Source: Azolla caroliniana
Lineage: Eukaryota > Plantae > Polypodiophyta
Length of the DNA: 64,000 bases
Direction: 5' to 3'
Assembly (NCBI GenBank): GCA_043228905.1
Contig: JBHGNT010000017.1
Location: 2,108,001-2,172,000 of the forward strand
Shown here: positions 50,701 to 63,096 of the stretch, in pieces
How positions within the stretch are numbered: the first letter of the stretch is position 1
Layout: every line of letters starts with the position of its first letter
Program-made: the position numbers and the translations under genes
The notes under the pieces: model-generated
What the model saw: the letters and a program-made list of their open reading frames with translations, nothing else
Told to the model about the DNA's origin: nothing
The model's database searches: none

Positions 50701-52741
50701 ATAAATAAGGAGGTTCAAAAAATACACAAGCAAAATGAATGCTTGAAATTTTGATTGGAAGAACTTTACCAAGAAAGCATCTCACGTCTTTACCCCTCTA
50801 GACATATGAGATGTGATTTGAGATCCGATAACTATGGTAACACTATGGTGTTTTAAAAGCCATGGGGGAAAACATAACTAAGATGTCTTTCTCGGATCTC
50901 TATCTTGAATAATCATGGCGGCTCCTCGAGGCTCAACCATGGTTCTAACATCAATGTAGTTTTCTAGTTAGCCTTATATTAGAATGTCAACCCAACATGT
51001 ATTGATATGGTCGAGAAAGTGTATTACGTGAAAAAAACAAGTGCACTCGCAAGTAATATTCTAGTGTTGCGAGTAACAAGCAAATGTGATAATAAAAATG
51101 ATCAAATAAGGCACTACCCATTAGAAGCAAGCAGTGACGAAAACAAGGGTCACAAAACCCATGTGCTACCTACTAAAAAAACAATGTCACAAATAAATGG
51201 GAGGTGCGAGGTATGCACATATACATCCCAATATGATGGTTGTTATTTGCACAATTGTGACATACGCCACAAATTGATACGCAAAGATGTGGTACTCAAA
51301 TCCATGAAGAAACATCAATAGAGGAACTCATGTGGTTTTACTCGAGTTCTAAGGCTCGATAATATGAGTTAAACGTAGATGATCTGTTAGAAAAAATCGT
51401 TAAAAAAAAACGGCATGATGCTCACTCCATACAAAAAAAATAGTCTACACAAAATCGTTACCCAATAGGGAAACACACATAAATAGTGTAGATGAACATA
51501 AAAATTAAGGTTTAAAAGATAGTGAAGTGTGGGTGGGTAGATGAAAATCATAAGAAAATCTTAAGAAAGGGAGAAGATAATTTGTGTAATTAAAAAATAG
51601 GTAGAATAATAATCAATTAGGTGTATCAACATAAGCATGCATTAAGGAATGACACCCTAAGGTAGTCGACATGCAACTCCTCAAGACCACCACATCTCCC
51701 TAGAATCGGCCAATTGATGGCTCAATAAAGAGTAAAGTGACATAGGTAAGCGACATATACCTCATCAAGACCACAACATCCCATAGAATCAGCCAAGTGA
51801 TGGCTCAATAAAGGGAATAGTGGCATAGTCAACATCATATGCAAAAGGGCCATGAGGTGAGCATGTGCGATTAGGGCAAACACACTCGACCCGATGCACA
51901 AGAATAATTATTATCGTAAGAGATGGCTCAAGAGAGCGGAGCATAGGAGATACATCGCAATATACAAAAGGGCCACGAGTTCAGCGTGTGCGATTAGTGC
52001 AAACATGCTCGGCCCGATGCACAATAATGATTAAAATCGTATCGTGGTAGAAAGAAGAAAGAAAAGAAAAGAAAACGTAATTCAAATTTCATTCGACCAA
52101 CAAGAACGCATCATAGAAAGAAGAGAAATCGAGAAAGAAGAATACCGGGTTTAGAGTGTTGTTTTGATCCTGAGAAGAGCATGGCGAGCCTTGTTAGATC
52201 CCCATCGCTCACACGCAAAAAATATCAAAACAACAAAAAAAAATTGTTAGTAAAAACTCTGATACCACTGTTAAGAGTCTATTACTAATCAATAGACCAA
52301 ATTAAAGTAAAAGAAGGAAAATAGATTGGATAGAAGAACCCATTCCACCCGACCACCCCCGAGGTATGATCCAGACATAGCCAACCTACCACCGACGTCC
52401 CATACCGCCGGATATTAGGATGACTAATACCTTGGAAGAGATAAACACGATCGTCGAGACAAAAGCCTAGCCCACACCATCGGTGTCTAAGACAGCAACC
52501 TTTCGACGTAATGTCCTTATGGGGGTAGCTAAGCCTCATATTTATACCTTTTCCTAGGCCCCTTGAATAGATGTGCCTTTCTAAAAGGCTCTCCATTCAT
52601 TGGTTGTCCAAATCATGATAGTGCATGCACCTATCATTCCTTCTATCCAATCATTAGTCCCCTTTTTAACATTAGTGAACATACCCTTCACTAATATAAA
52701 TATTAGTGACCTACCCTCACCAACGTTATGTGTACATAACA

Positions 52742-53897
52742 CCTATCTAATGAAATTCTTCTTCATCAGAGATCTTATATCCATAAAATATTAAAATGGT
52801 TTTCCATGTATCAAGCTCATTCTATTAGAACTCCTATCGTAGTGCACTCTCTGGATCCTTCTCGTAACCCATTTCGGCCAAGATATTCTAACGAGTCAAC
52901 ATTGGGACCACAATATCCTTACATGGCTACTGTTGGTGCACTTATGTACTTGGCTAATTGTACTTGGTGCACTTACGTTGTCAAATTGTTGGCTCGATAT
53001 AGTCATGATCCTACCATGCAACATTGGACTGGAATTAAGGAGATTTTTTGATATTTACGAGGCACTAAAAATATGGGTCTTTTCTTTACCAACGGTTCTA
53101 TGCATGGTCAATTGACTAGTTACTCTGACGTTGGGTTCTTATATGACCCTCATGTTGGCATATGACAAATAGGTTATGTTTTCCTTCTTGGTGGCACATC
53201 GATCTCTTGGCGATCAACAAAACAAACATTAGTTGCAACATCTTCAAATCATATTGAGATATTGACATTACATGAAGCAAGTTGAGAATGCATATGGTTA
53301 CAACGCTTACTCGAGCATATTGAAAGTTCTTGCGCTTTTATCGGGCCCTCATTACCAACAGTTATGTATGAAGATAATTATGCTTGCGTTAATAAGTTCA
53401 AGAAAGGCTTCATTAAAGGTGATCGAATCGAACATATTTCTCCCAAGTTTTTCTTTACTCGTGAGCTCAATGATAATTATATCAACATTCAACCTATTAC
53501 ATCAATCAATAACTTGGCTGATATTTTTACCAAAAGCTTATATGCATCAAAACATTGGATGAACATTCATTCTCTTGGACTTAGAAGATTATCAGAGATG
53601 ATGAGCTAAAACAATGATGATGAGATGAGGGGGAATGTTATGAACTCATGCATGTAATGAGTCATGTTATATCTATCTCAGTCTTAAGCTTTAGTTAACA
53701 AGACTTCATGATGTAAATAGTATGCATGTATCCCATCATCTGTGGGTCATAAACTCATGTATCTGAATCTTTTTGGCATTATATATAGAAGGTCATAGCC
53801 CATGAGCTCTATCTAGGGATTATATTGATATGTGATTAGTGATCTAGATTAATATCTAATCGCTATTTGATCTTGCTTAATAGTCTATTCTATAACA
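52742..53897 (+). mobile_element. Old copia, 3' part: RT end, RNaseH, PPT and 3' LTR (53636-53897)
   Basis: Continues from 18908 (..IEHL|SNEILLHQ..); PYMATVGALMYLANCT, YEDNYAC, HISPKFFFT, NLADIFTKSL; gagggggaa followed by TGTTAT...ATAACA. Confidence 0.88.
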
Positions 53898-54881
53898 ATT
53901 TATACTTAGTAGAATACAAAACATATGTAGGCTTAGGACTTTGTTGATTGTTAACAGAAATCATGACCAACTATGTACATTAACAAGAAAAGAAAGCTAT
54001 ATTGGTCACGAGCTCATAATGTACATTACCTAGACACATTCAAAACCCCCATACAAGAAACAAAGACACTTACATTGATAAACATGTGTACCTTGAGTGA
54101 CATACATGCATGTATAAATAAAGTTACACATGCAAAACCAACACACATTCACAAGCATACCTTGGCATACATGCAAATATATATCTATACATACAGTAGA
54201 CATTTGGTTAACTGTGCACTTTGAAGGCAAGGAAGAAGTGCACACTTAACCGAGCTGTGCACTTTTGGAAATTTTTAGGGGTTTCTGAAATATTTTCCTT
54301 CTGTGTGCTAATCATACAATTCTTGATAAGAAAAGTGATCAATTTACATGATAAATTGACCTAAAACGTTTCTAGTTTCACCATACATACTCTTCAATTT
54401 CTTTCTCGATTCTAGATTACTTTCAGTATTCGCCTTATTGCTACATCTGAGAAATACATCCATTATGCAACAACCCTAATGAACTTCCTTGGATGCGATG
54501 GGATTTTTTCTTGTGTTTTCTTCCTAGTGGTGGTAGGTTTGAGGAATCAAAGTACAGGTGGAGGAGACGGGAAAAGAGAGAGGGGGAGCAATAGACAAAT
54601 CATTGGTTGCAACTTCTGTCATCTTTGAGAATAAACAAGATGCACAGAAAGAGAGAGGGAGGGAGAGAGGCTTTCTTCATGCAGGAAAAGAGCACACACA
54701 CATGCGACACAGGCACCTGGCACACACAGAAAGAGAAGGAGAAAAGATGGATATGTTGCACATGGAGAAGGAGAGCTCGCATTCACTACTAATTGCTGCA
54801 AAATTTGACTATTCACGATCATCAAGAATTGTTAGCCCTTCTTTGATTATGTTCTTTAATCAAGAATCATAATCACAGATG

Positions 54882-55066
54882 TGTAATCGTAAACACACAC
54901 ACACACACACACATGTAGAACACATGACACACACATAAACATACCCACAAAAACTCCTCTCATTACCATAGCACATTTTGGACTCACTCTCATTACCATA
55001 GCACATTTTGGTCCCAATTCATGCATATCCTGTGTGACTAAACTTGTGGGATGCCCTTGTAATCGT

Positions 55067-55121
<55 letters not shown>

Positions 55122-55254
55122 CATACACATAGAAATACCCATAGAAGCTCCTTTTGTTATACCCATAAAAACTCCTCTCATTACCATAGCACATTTTGGT
55201 CCCAATTCATGCATATCCTGTGTGACTAAACTTGTGGGATGCCCTTGTAATCGT

Positions 55255-55289
<35 letters not shown>

Positions 55290-55420
55290 TACACATAGAA
55301 ATACCCATAGAAGCTCCTTTTGTTATACCCATAAAAACTCCTCTCATTACCATAGCACATTTTGGTCCCAATTCATGCATATCCTGTGTGACTAAACTTG
55401 TGGGATGCCCTTGTAATCGT

Positions 55421-55462
<42 letters not shown>

Positions 55463-55497
55463 ATACACATAGAAATACCCATAGAAGCTCCTTTTGT
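54882..55497. repeat. Tandem repeat, ~165-190 bp unit with embedded variable (CA)n, ~3.5 copies
   Basis: gtaatcgtaaac(ac)n recurs at about 54882, 55059, 55247 and 55413. Confidence 0.9.
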
Positions 55498-56099
55498 TGT
55501 TTTCTAAATGTTTGGAACATAGTTTTAACTTGGTTTAATGTAATTTCATCGTGAAACAATGTAAATTTTTTTATCTAGATTTTGACCTCTATAAAAAGCG
55601 CACTTAATAGAATGGTGCACTTGCACTTAACCGAATGTCTACTATATATACTATATATGTACAAATACCCATGTGGGTGCACACCGTAGACAATCGTTGT
55701 CAAGAGAGTAGAAGACGTAGAGCAAAGCTACAATTAGAGAGACGTACCGTGCTAAGTCTTTAAAAGTAAAGAGAAAAAGAAGGGGCGGAAATAATTGTAC
55801 GGGCAAAAGTAGAAAGTAGGGCTAAAAGCATCTTCTACCACACTTTTAGTGTACTCCGTCGTAAAGAAAAGTCTGCGGAAAGGTTAGAAATGAATAAAAA
55901 CATGTGGAATAATACCTCGTCCGTTTGTGCACGTGAATGCAACATGCCCATCATGTTTATGGAACATTGGTTTTCTGCTGACCATGTCAACCACACACAC
56001 CCTTTATATACATATATGTATATATATATATATATATATGGATGGATGTCTGTATGTATGTATGAAAGCCACTCTCCTACCTACACTTTACACTTGATC

Positions 56100-57710
56100 A
56101 TGAGCATGGGTGCGATCCTTTATTCTGGAGGTCACATTAAACATATTAACCCCGGCTGTGCCAATGTTTTACTACCTGCAAATCAATTCACTAAGAGTTT
56201 CCAGCAGCAGTTAATACGCCCATCTTCTAATCATTCCATTTCTACCCATTTATCCTCCACGATCCGAACCCAGGCCCAGGCACAACCTAGTGAGGTATCA
56301 TCATCCACTTTGAGATCTAGTGAGATTAGTGTGGCCGATGATGCCAGTAAGCCCAGCCGCCAATCGATTATTATTGGGGATCGATGGCGTGAGTATCACG
56401 GTTGTGATGAGTGGAGGGGTTTGCTTGAACCTTTGGACCCCGCATTGCGGGAGGAGATCATCAAGTACGGAGACCTGGCTCAGCTCACATATGACGCGTT
56501 CAATGCGGAGACGAAGCGTTGTATCTATGGGGAGGCCGACCTTCTGAAATTAAATCCCAAGCTCCTCGCTCGGGGGTACAAAGTGACGAAATACATCTAC
56601 GAAATGCCGGAGGTGCATCTGGTTCCGGAGTGGCTCCAGAAATGGCGGCCGCAGGAGGAGGTTGTTCAGGAATGCGAGCAGGGGGTTGCATGGGTAGGGT
56701 TTATCGCGGTGATGGAGGATGAGGAAGAGATTCGCCGGATCGGCCGGCGGGATGTTGTGGTGGTTTGGCGCGGCACTGTGACTAAAGAAGAGTGGTTGGC
56801 AGATATGGATGGAGCTCTCGTCCAGCCCCAGCAAAATGGAGTTACAATGGTAGGCAGCAACTTTCACCCCAATTATGTGGCGGATCATGTGGGCATAGAG
56901 CGTGGCTTCTGGACCCTCTATGCCTCGGGTGAACACAGTGCACGGGTGCAAGTAACCGATGAGATCCGGCGCCTCATTTCCATCTACGGGTCCGATCCTC
57001 TACATGAGCTGAGCATCACCATCACCGGCCACAGCCTGGGTGGTGCCTTGGCTTTAGTGTCTGCCTACGACATGGCCTCCCTCGGCCTCAACTCCACCAC
57101 CGATGTGGGCCTCAACTCCACCGCCGACGTGCCCATCTCCGTCATCTCGTTCGCGGGACCTCGTGTGGGAAATGTTGCCTTCAAGCGCCGGCTCCACAAT
57201 GACCTCAAGGTCAATGTGTTACGTGTGGTTAACACCCGCGATGTTGTGCCGAAAGTCCCCGGGACCCTCTTAGCTCTTACCGATGATGACTATGACGAGC
57301 ACGTGGGTGGGGGCGATCCATCGTGGTATGAGACCCTTGACATTCTGCTACACGTGGCACACCCTTCCTATGTCCATGTGGGTGTTGCCCTCCACTTGGA
57401 CAACAACCATTCCCCGTTCTTGAAACCCTCGGCGACCCTTGGTGATGCCCACAACCTTGAGGTCTATTTACATCTTTTGGATGGATATCATAGCACAGAC
57501 AAACCGTTCGTTGGTCCAAGTACTATTAACTACCAACATGTTGGTGCGCATCTAACGAATCAGGATTCCCTTTCCAACCGTCTTTTGCAACTGTACGTAG
57601 ACTTCCTCAATCGCAACATTGCCCTGGTCAATAAGAGCTCAAGCTTATTGCATGATGACCTTCAAATTCCTCCCAACTGGTGGACACCACATGAAAACAA
57701 TACATTATAA
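56100..57710 (+). CDS. Phospholipase A1, DAD1-like (lipase class 3), intronless, probably plastid-targeted; ~536 aa
   Basis: WREYHG..WRGLLEPLDPALREEIIKYG, RRDVVVVWRGT, ITITGHSLGGALA, FAGPRVGN, DVVPKVPG, HNLEVYLHLLDG. Start placed at ATG 56100 because the upstream in-frame part is (TA)n-rich noncoding sequence. Confidence 0.92.
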   Translation: MSMGAILYSGGHIKHINPGCANVLLPANQFTKSFQQQLIRPSSNHSISTHLSSTIRTQAQAQPSEVSSSTLRSSEISVADDASKPSRQSIIIGDRWREYHGCDEWRGLLEPLDPALREEIIKYGDLAQLTYDAFNAETKRCIYGEADLLKLNPKLLARGYKVTKYIYEMPEVHLVPEWLQKWRPQEEVVQECEQGVAWVGFIAVMEDEEEIRRIGRRDVVVVWRGTVTKEEWLADMDGALVQPQQNGVTMVGSNFHPNYVADHVGIERGFWTLYASGEHSARVQVTDEIRRLISIYGSDPLHELSITITGHSLGGALALVSAYDMASLGLNSTTDVGLNSTADVPISVISFAGPRVGNVAFKRRLHNDLKVNVLRVVNTRDVVPKVPGTLLALTDDDYDEHVGGGDPSWYETLDILLHVAHPSYVHVGVALHLDNNHSPFLKPSATLGDAHNLEVYLHLLDGYHSTDKPFVGPSTINYQHVGAHLTNQDSLSNRLLQLYVDFLNRNIALVNKSSSLLHDDLQIPPNWWTPHENNTL

Positions 57711-58016
57711 ATCATTTAACAGTCATGATCCAAACATGCATGATCTTTTTAATATATATTAGCAATGAATTATCTCTTTGTGTGCACATTTCAGGAAAGG
57801 TTATCCACTAAGATCTCGAAAATATTTTTGTTGTTGCTTATAATTCTACTTGCCCTTTGGTGCAATACTCTTCGGAAGAGGAGGTATGGGATCATGGTGC
57901 AAGGGGATGGTTCGTGGTGGTGACTAGTGGTAGTGCGTGCGTAATGGGCCATGGCGAATAAATAGATACAAAAAAGAGCAGAAATGGAAAAGTGTGGAGT
58001 GTGTGTGTCTGTGTTT

Positions 58017-58057
58017 GTCCCACATAGAGAGGACGGGGAGGAAGGGAGGTATAAATA
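58017..58057 (+). promoter_or_regulatory. U1 snRNA promoter: USE + TATA
   Basis: GTCCCACATAG at 58017 and TATAAATA at 58050, 33 bp spacing. Confidence 0.9.
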
Positions 58058-58081
58058 CAGTGGTTTGAACAACAGTAGAAC

Positions 58082-58245
58082 ATACTTACCTGGGCGGGGT
58101 CTATCGGTGATCAGCAAGGCCGATGGCTTAGGGCCGGCGCCTCCATTGCACTCCCGGAGGGGCTGTTTGCCCTAGCATCTCCCCAATGTGGGAGAGTGCA
58201 CGTCATAATTTGTGGCAGCGGGGGCTCGCGTTCGCGCGGCCCCCT
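58082..58245 (+). ncRNA. U1: U1 snRNA (copy 2)
   Basis: Same hallmarks as copy 1, with about four substitutions. Confidence 0.97.
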
Positions 58246-59231
58246 TCTCAAGTAATCTCCAATCTGAATCAATTAAACACTGAGTGTACGAAAATTGAGT
58301 GTACCAGGACTACGTAATATTTGTTGATGACGTATGGGGTATATATACTTCAGATGTATGTGATGTAAATAACAGAAGACAGGGTATAGGGAGTACATGT
58401 ATGTGATGTCTAAATAGCGCACAGATGGGGTGGAGTGGTCATGGATATGTATATACAGAAGATATAAACAAACGATGGGGGGGGGGGGACATGGAGTAAA
58501 GACTGGAGGCAAATATATATATATATAATAGAAACAAACATACAGAATCATGGATTGGATATGGAGGCATAAATATATCTATAGATCAGTCGGGTAGGAA
58601 GCATCACATGGTATGTCTATACACTCCTGGACATGCTATAGTTGCCGCCAAATTCTTACCATGATACGGGTACGGAAAATCACGGGTATACATACCCCAA
58701 CCAATAGGTGTAAACAGAATGTAGGCAAACGGGAAGTTATCTACCAGCTAGGCCTAAACTGGGTTATTACCCATTGCTTGTTTAGGTTCAGGTCCGCCTT
58801 CGTGGCCCCAATCAGAGAATAGAGAGCGTCCCATTGTCATTGTCTTTGCCGTGTGAATGCGACGGACTTGGTCAGATCTATGTATATATATCTATTATGG
58901 GCCCTTCCCAGCAAAACACCGTATTTTTTTCATGTCTATGTCCATCATTAACGGGTTGCTGCTCGGATCCTGCACCTCCGTAATTTTACTTCACCATGAG
59001 TGGCTTCCACACGGGTACCACACGGGTACATATATCCCGCCCACATTCATATCATCCGATACCCCAAACGACTAGGAAGGTTCAATTAACTTATCTTACA
59101 GAAGATCAGGAATTCCGAGAGAGTACCCCTAACGACTAAGAAGATTCAATTAGGTTATCTTACGGAAGGGTATTATTCATTTAATTATCATTCATCCTTA
59201 CAGGAAGAACATTTTGGTCATGATTGTAGTG

Positions 59232-59438
59232 GGGGGGCGCGCCTGTATGACCTTGGATTCAGTGCAATACCACGGCGACGCACGCAGCTCCCAGAGACAG
59301 CAAGCTGCCTCGCACGGGTGCTGCCCCCATGAAAGAAATTAGGTTAATATCATGTGGCCTTATAGGCCACGTATCAGATATTAAACTGATAAGAACAGAT
59401 ACTACACTTGATCTTAGCCAAAAGGCCGAGAAAGGTAT
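59232..59438 (-). ncRNA. U2: U2 snRNA (copy 2)
   Basis: 5' ~120 nt identical to copy 1; differences lie mainly in stem-loop IV. The 3' end is approximate. Confidence 0.97.
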
Positions 59439-59463
59439 GAATAGGGTTGTCATTCTACTTCCA

Positions 59464-59503
59464 TACTTATAGGCTGGAGTGAGCAAGCGTCTGTATGTGG
59501 GAT
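59464..59503 (-). promoter_or_regulatory. U2 snRNA promoter: USE + TATA
   Basis: Minus strand ATCCCACATAC (59503-59493) and TATAAGTA (59471-59464). Confidence 0.88.
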
Positions 59504-62500
59504 ATCTTCCCCCCTCTGATCTAGAGTTACGTATGTTAACCTTTTCTCTTCCCACACCAAATAACAATACCATGTATAATAACAACCTTCATGAAAGCTT
59601 AGTTGCTTCTCGTGCACCTTGCTCCATACATACATAATCCACATTACAAAGCTCAATGTCGCCTTGCTTCGGCAATGCTTCCCCAACTCACTCCATCTCG
59701 AATCCACGTGCACCTATCCGTACGTATGCCTACATAACCCCAAATCGCTTCCTCTTATCCTTGCGCTAAGTTCTTGACGATCGTTGGATTGCAAGGGACT
59801 CGTACAGTAGTAGTGACCATGTTGCTCTCATTCCCTCCCATATTGAATGTTGAGCATCTTGGTGTTGAGGAAGTTTCCTACCTCCTCTTCTTTAGCTTCT
59901 CCCCTATTCCAACTAACTGAGAAAGTTCGCACTCACATTCTTTCTTTGTTTTGTGTTCATTTATCGAATGTTGAGCATCTTGGTGTCGAGGGATGCATGT
60001 ATTCTAGATGCACATGTATAGGTAAAACTTGCACATCCCTGTGCTCATACTTGATGACAACGTTGTGCTCGACTTTTTGAACATGTCGTGCATTGTCCTC
60101 CATCTTAATGCAAAGTATGTCTCGACCAATACGAGCACACGTAAAGTAAAGACGAACTGGCATCTACTTCACCTTCCACCAATAGAGCAGATACATATTC
60201 TCCTGAGAACTCGAGAGGCAACAACACATGGGTCGGGGCCTTGACCCCATTCATCGATGTCTTACATCACAACTACGTTTATATAGGACGTAAGTGCATC
60301 ACAACCTAACATAAAGCGTTCATTAGACGACGCGACCCTTGTATGCAATTGATAGTATCGCTAGGCCTTCTTGAGCTAACATGCTATTCGGACCATTACG
60401 CATGCATAGGGACGTAACACACAACCCTTTTTATTCTCTGTGTTGTGGTTAATCATGCCCAAGACAAAACCAATTTGGGACTCAACTATGGGGCAATCCT
60501 TCGAGTTCACTTCATTATTGAAACATTCTTCCATTTTAAGTAATCATTCATGGTACAACACATGATGGCATATGTCTCTTTCCTCTCGTCATTCAGAAAC
60601 TTGTCGATGCGTAGCGCGATGCATCAAATACAAATTCTGGTGTGTGTGCTAGTTGATCGAAAAAACGAGTATCGAACGCAAGATAGGTTGATCTGTTGAT
60701 CCGAATCCTGGCATTATTCCTCGTCCACATCAAACATATACGTCATGCTTTGCATGCATGTCCAACTACAACAGAGTGTCAATGGCGGGCACAAATTTGG
60801 CTCTACAGGTCCTAACAACCCCTAGGCTGTAATCGTGCAACATGTTAGGCAGTGAATACCTATTATTTGGATAATGGATGTATGGCTTCTCTCTGACCGC
60901 AAGGCATATCGATCACAAACACAAGTTTGTGCCCTTCTTCTCAGACGAGATCTTATTCCTCTCGGACATCAGACTTCTTCGCCACCCACAAACTCAACAA
61001 CACATTGTGCCCAATGACTTGTGTGAAGATGGCAATATATATTGGGTGGGAAGTATGTTGGGACCGTATCTCTTGCCAACGCATCAACACTAGCTCCATT
61101 GAAGAGAGACAACACTCGAAGGAAGCCATAAGGAAAACGATAAACTACCCCGATAGCCACCAAAACTTGCGCTTGCGAGGATTTTCCATATACATCATGG
61201 AGACAATGGCATAAAAGGAAATGCTTATTTAGGAATTCACATTCTTCATGGACATTGTAAGGCTTCGTTAAATCTATCCACTCAACAAAATGTGGATTGT
61301 TAAGAATAGGTAGTTAGAAGGACCATGGGTTAAGGCCTTTTGTATAACGACAAACAAAAATGACTCAAGCATGCTAGTCGTAACCCGATTTCACAATTGA
61401 AAACATTTTGGAACCAATTGTTTTACATGATTCGTTTCAATGAGACCTATCAACCATTTTTGTGAATATGATTCATTTCTTAATTAACACTACCCATGAA
61501 TATAATCAAGCATCCTCGATCTTATGACATAACACCTAAAATGTCTTAGCCGTGGGTTTGTCCCCATCAGGAGTTTCCCAAATTATTCTTATACATTCGC
61601 CCTTTTATAGATAACACCGATGTGTAGCTTTGGACATGACATATAACAATCTCATATACACAAAGATCAACACTTGAACTAAAAAATTACACTACAAAGA
61701 ATCGGGAATTGGACGGTAAAAGCTTCGGGTAAGATTTCAAAATTTGTGAGTTTCAAATATATGTAATGACCATGAAGATGAAATTCTACAAACAAATGTG
61801 GACGGTTCCATTTGAACAAGATTTGATCACATGCTCTTCATTGTAAAGTAAAAAAAATATCCATTATACTAGAACCAAACTAGTAAGGTAAACAAAATCC
61901 GTCGAAGGCAAGCATAGAGTTGCGACCCTTCAAATTCTTAGTGTTGCGCTTAACCATACCCATTCATGCTTGCTAAAACCTGAATGCACGTGCACAAGTT
62001 TAAACCTAGTGAATCGTTTAGTGTTGGGTATTAAGGAAAGATGCAAGAAAGGAAGATACAAACACGATCTGTGGCATAAAAGAGAGTCTTTCTCCAACAA
62101 GTTACAATAGACGCTAACACTAAAAATGGAATCTACACAATTGGGTCTTACAGTAGTGTTATAGCAAAACATTATAGCCTGGAATGTCTGGAATGTGTTG
62201 GGGTTAATAAGAAACTCGATGTCATTTGCATGGACATGGCATGTCTCACCAACTACCTGACCTATCATATCTATAACTAGGATGCTCTTAACTATGATTC
62301 TCTGTACTCAATTGTCATTGTATGAATGAGACATTAAAATGCTCACTAAGAACAGACAGAACTGAAACCTATGAAGGGCATGATATAGCAAGCATGAACC
62401 AACATGAGAAATGCATGATACAAATGACCAAACTAAAGAGTGTTAAAAAAAAACAAACTCTACTAATCGTCTATTAGTCATTCTATTACTGATGGATACA

Positions 62501-62667
62501 TTTTTTTATCTGAACAGTATGTTTAAGGTTGCAGGTAAACATGTGTAAAAGAATTTCGCAAGCAGAAAGGGCTCTTACGAAAGCAAAACTTATAAATGGA
62601 GTCTCAACTCTGTTAAAGCTTGAAGTGACATTGTTAAATGCTTCACCAAACAAGGAAAAATAGATTA

Positions 62668-63096
62668 CTATGTCCTCCGGCGAGGCTTTATTTCCCTCTT
62701 TAGAGCAAGTTTTTCAAGCTCGCTTGCCCTGCTTTCGTCAAGCTGGAAAGCAGAACTCTTTGCCCCTTTATTTACACCGAAGCTATTCACAATATATTTC
62801 CAACCATCAACAGGCCTTCTTCGTGCGTATAGATGCTGCTTCACAAAGTTCGCAATCTGCAGGGAAGACCAAAAATTTCATCAGCCTTTATGAAGTTCTG
62901 TAATGTTTTTGACATGGTTGGATCCAGCTTCACCTGAACTCTGTCATGTTCCTTTCTTCTTTCAAATTCTTCCAACATCATGCTTTCCTCTTTGACAGCT
63001 CTTTCTTCATGAAAAATCTCTAAACTTTCCCCTGGCCTTGCAAAGCTTTCCCATTCATCAGACAAAGAGGCATCCATTTTCTGAAGACACTTGTCT
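62668..63096 (-). CDS. Last two exons (63096-62934, 62856-62668) of a gene resembling the GCD1/mS45-related plant family; upstream exons unresolved
   Basis: A GT..AG intron at 62933-62857 joins EESMMLEEFERRKEHDRVQ|IANFVKQHLYARRRPVDGWKYIV...RRRT*. The EFERR...RRRPxDGWKY motif is recalled from that family, not verified by search. Confidence 0.6.

Larger units (their letters stand above)
18909..52741 (-). mobile_element. Gypsy chromovirus-type LTR retrotransposon A (degenerate), carrying nested elements
   Basis: 473-bp LTRs at 18909-19381 and 52269-52741, TSD CCTAT, PBS ctctgatacca 52257-52267, PPT next to 19382. Domain order is gag-PR-RT-RH-INT-chromodomain. Confidence 0.95.

Noticed and set aside
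54856-55507. CVCVCV / HTHTHT ORFs and a CRISPR-like periodic appearance
   Set aside because: This is a microsatellite-containing tandem repeat with identical units, no unique spacers, and a eukaryotic context.
55890-56099. 70-aa N-terminal extension of the PLA1 ORF
   Set aside because: It runs through a (TA)n tract (YMYIYIYIY) and looks like open promoter or UTR sequence.
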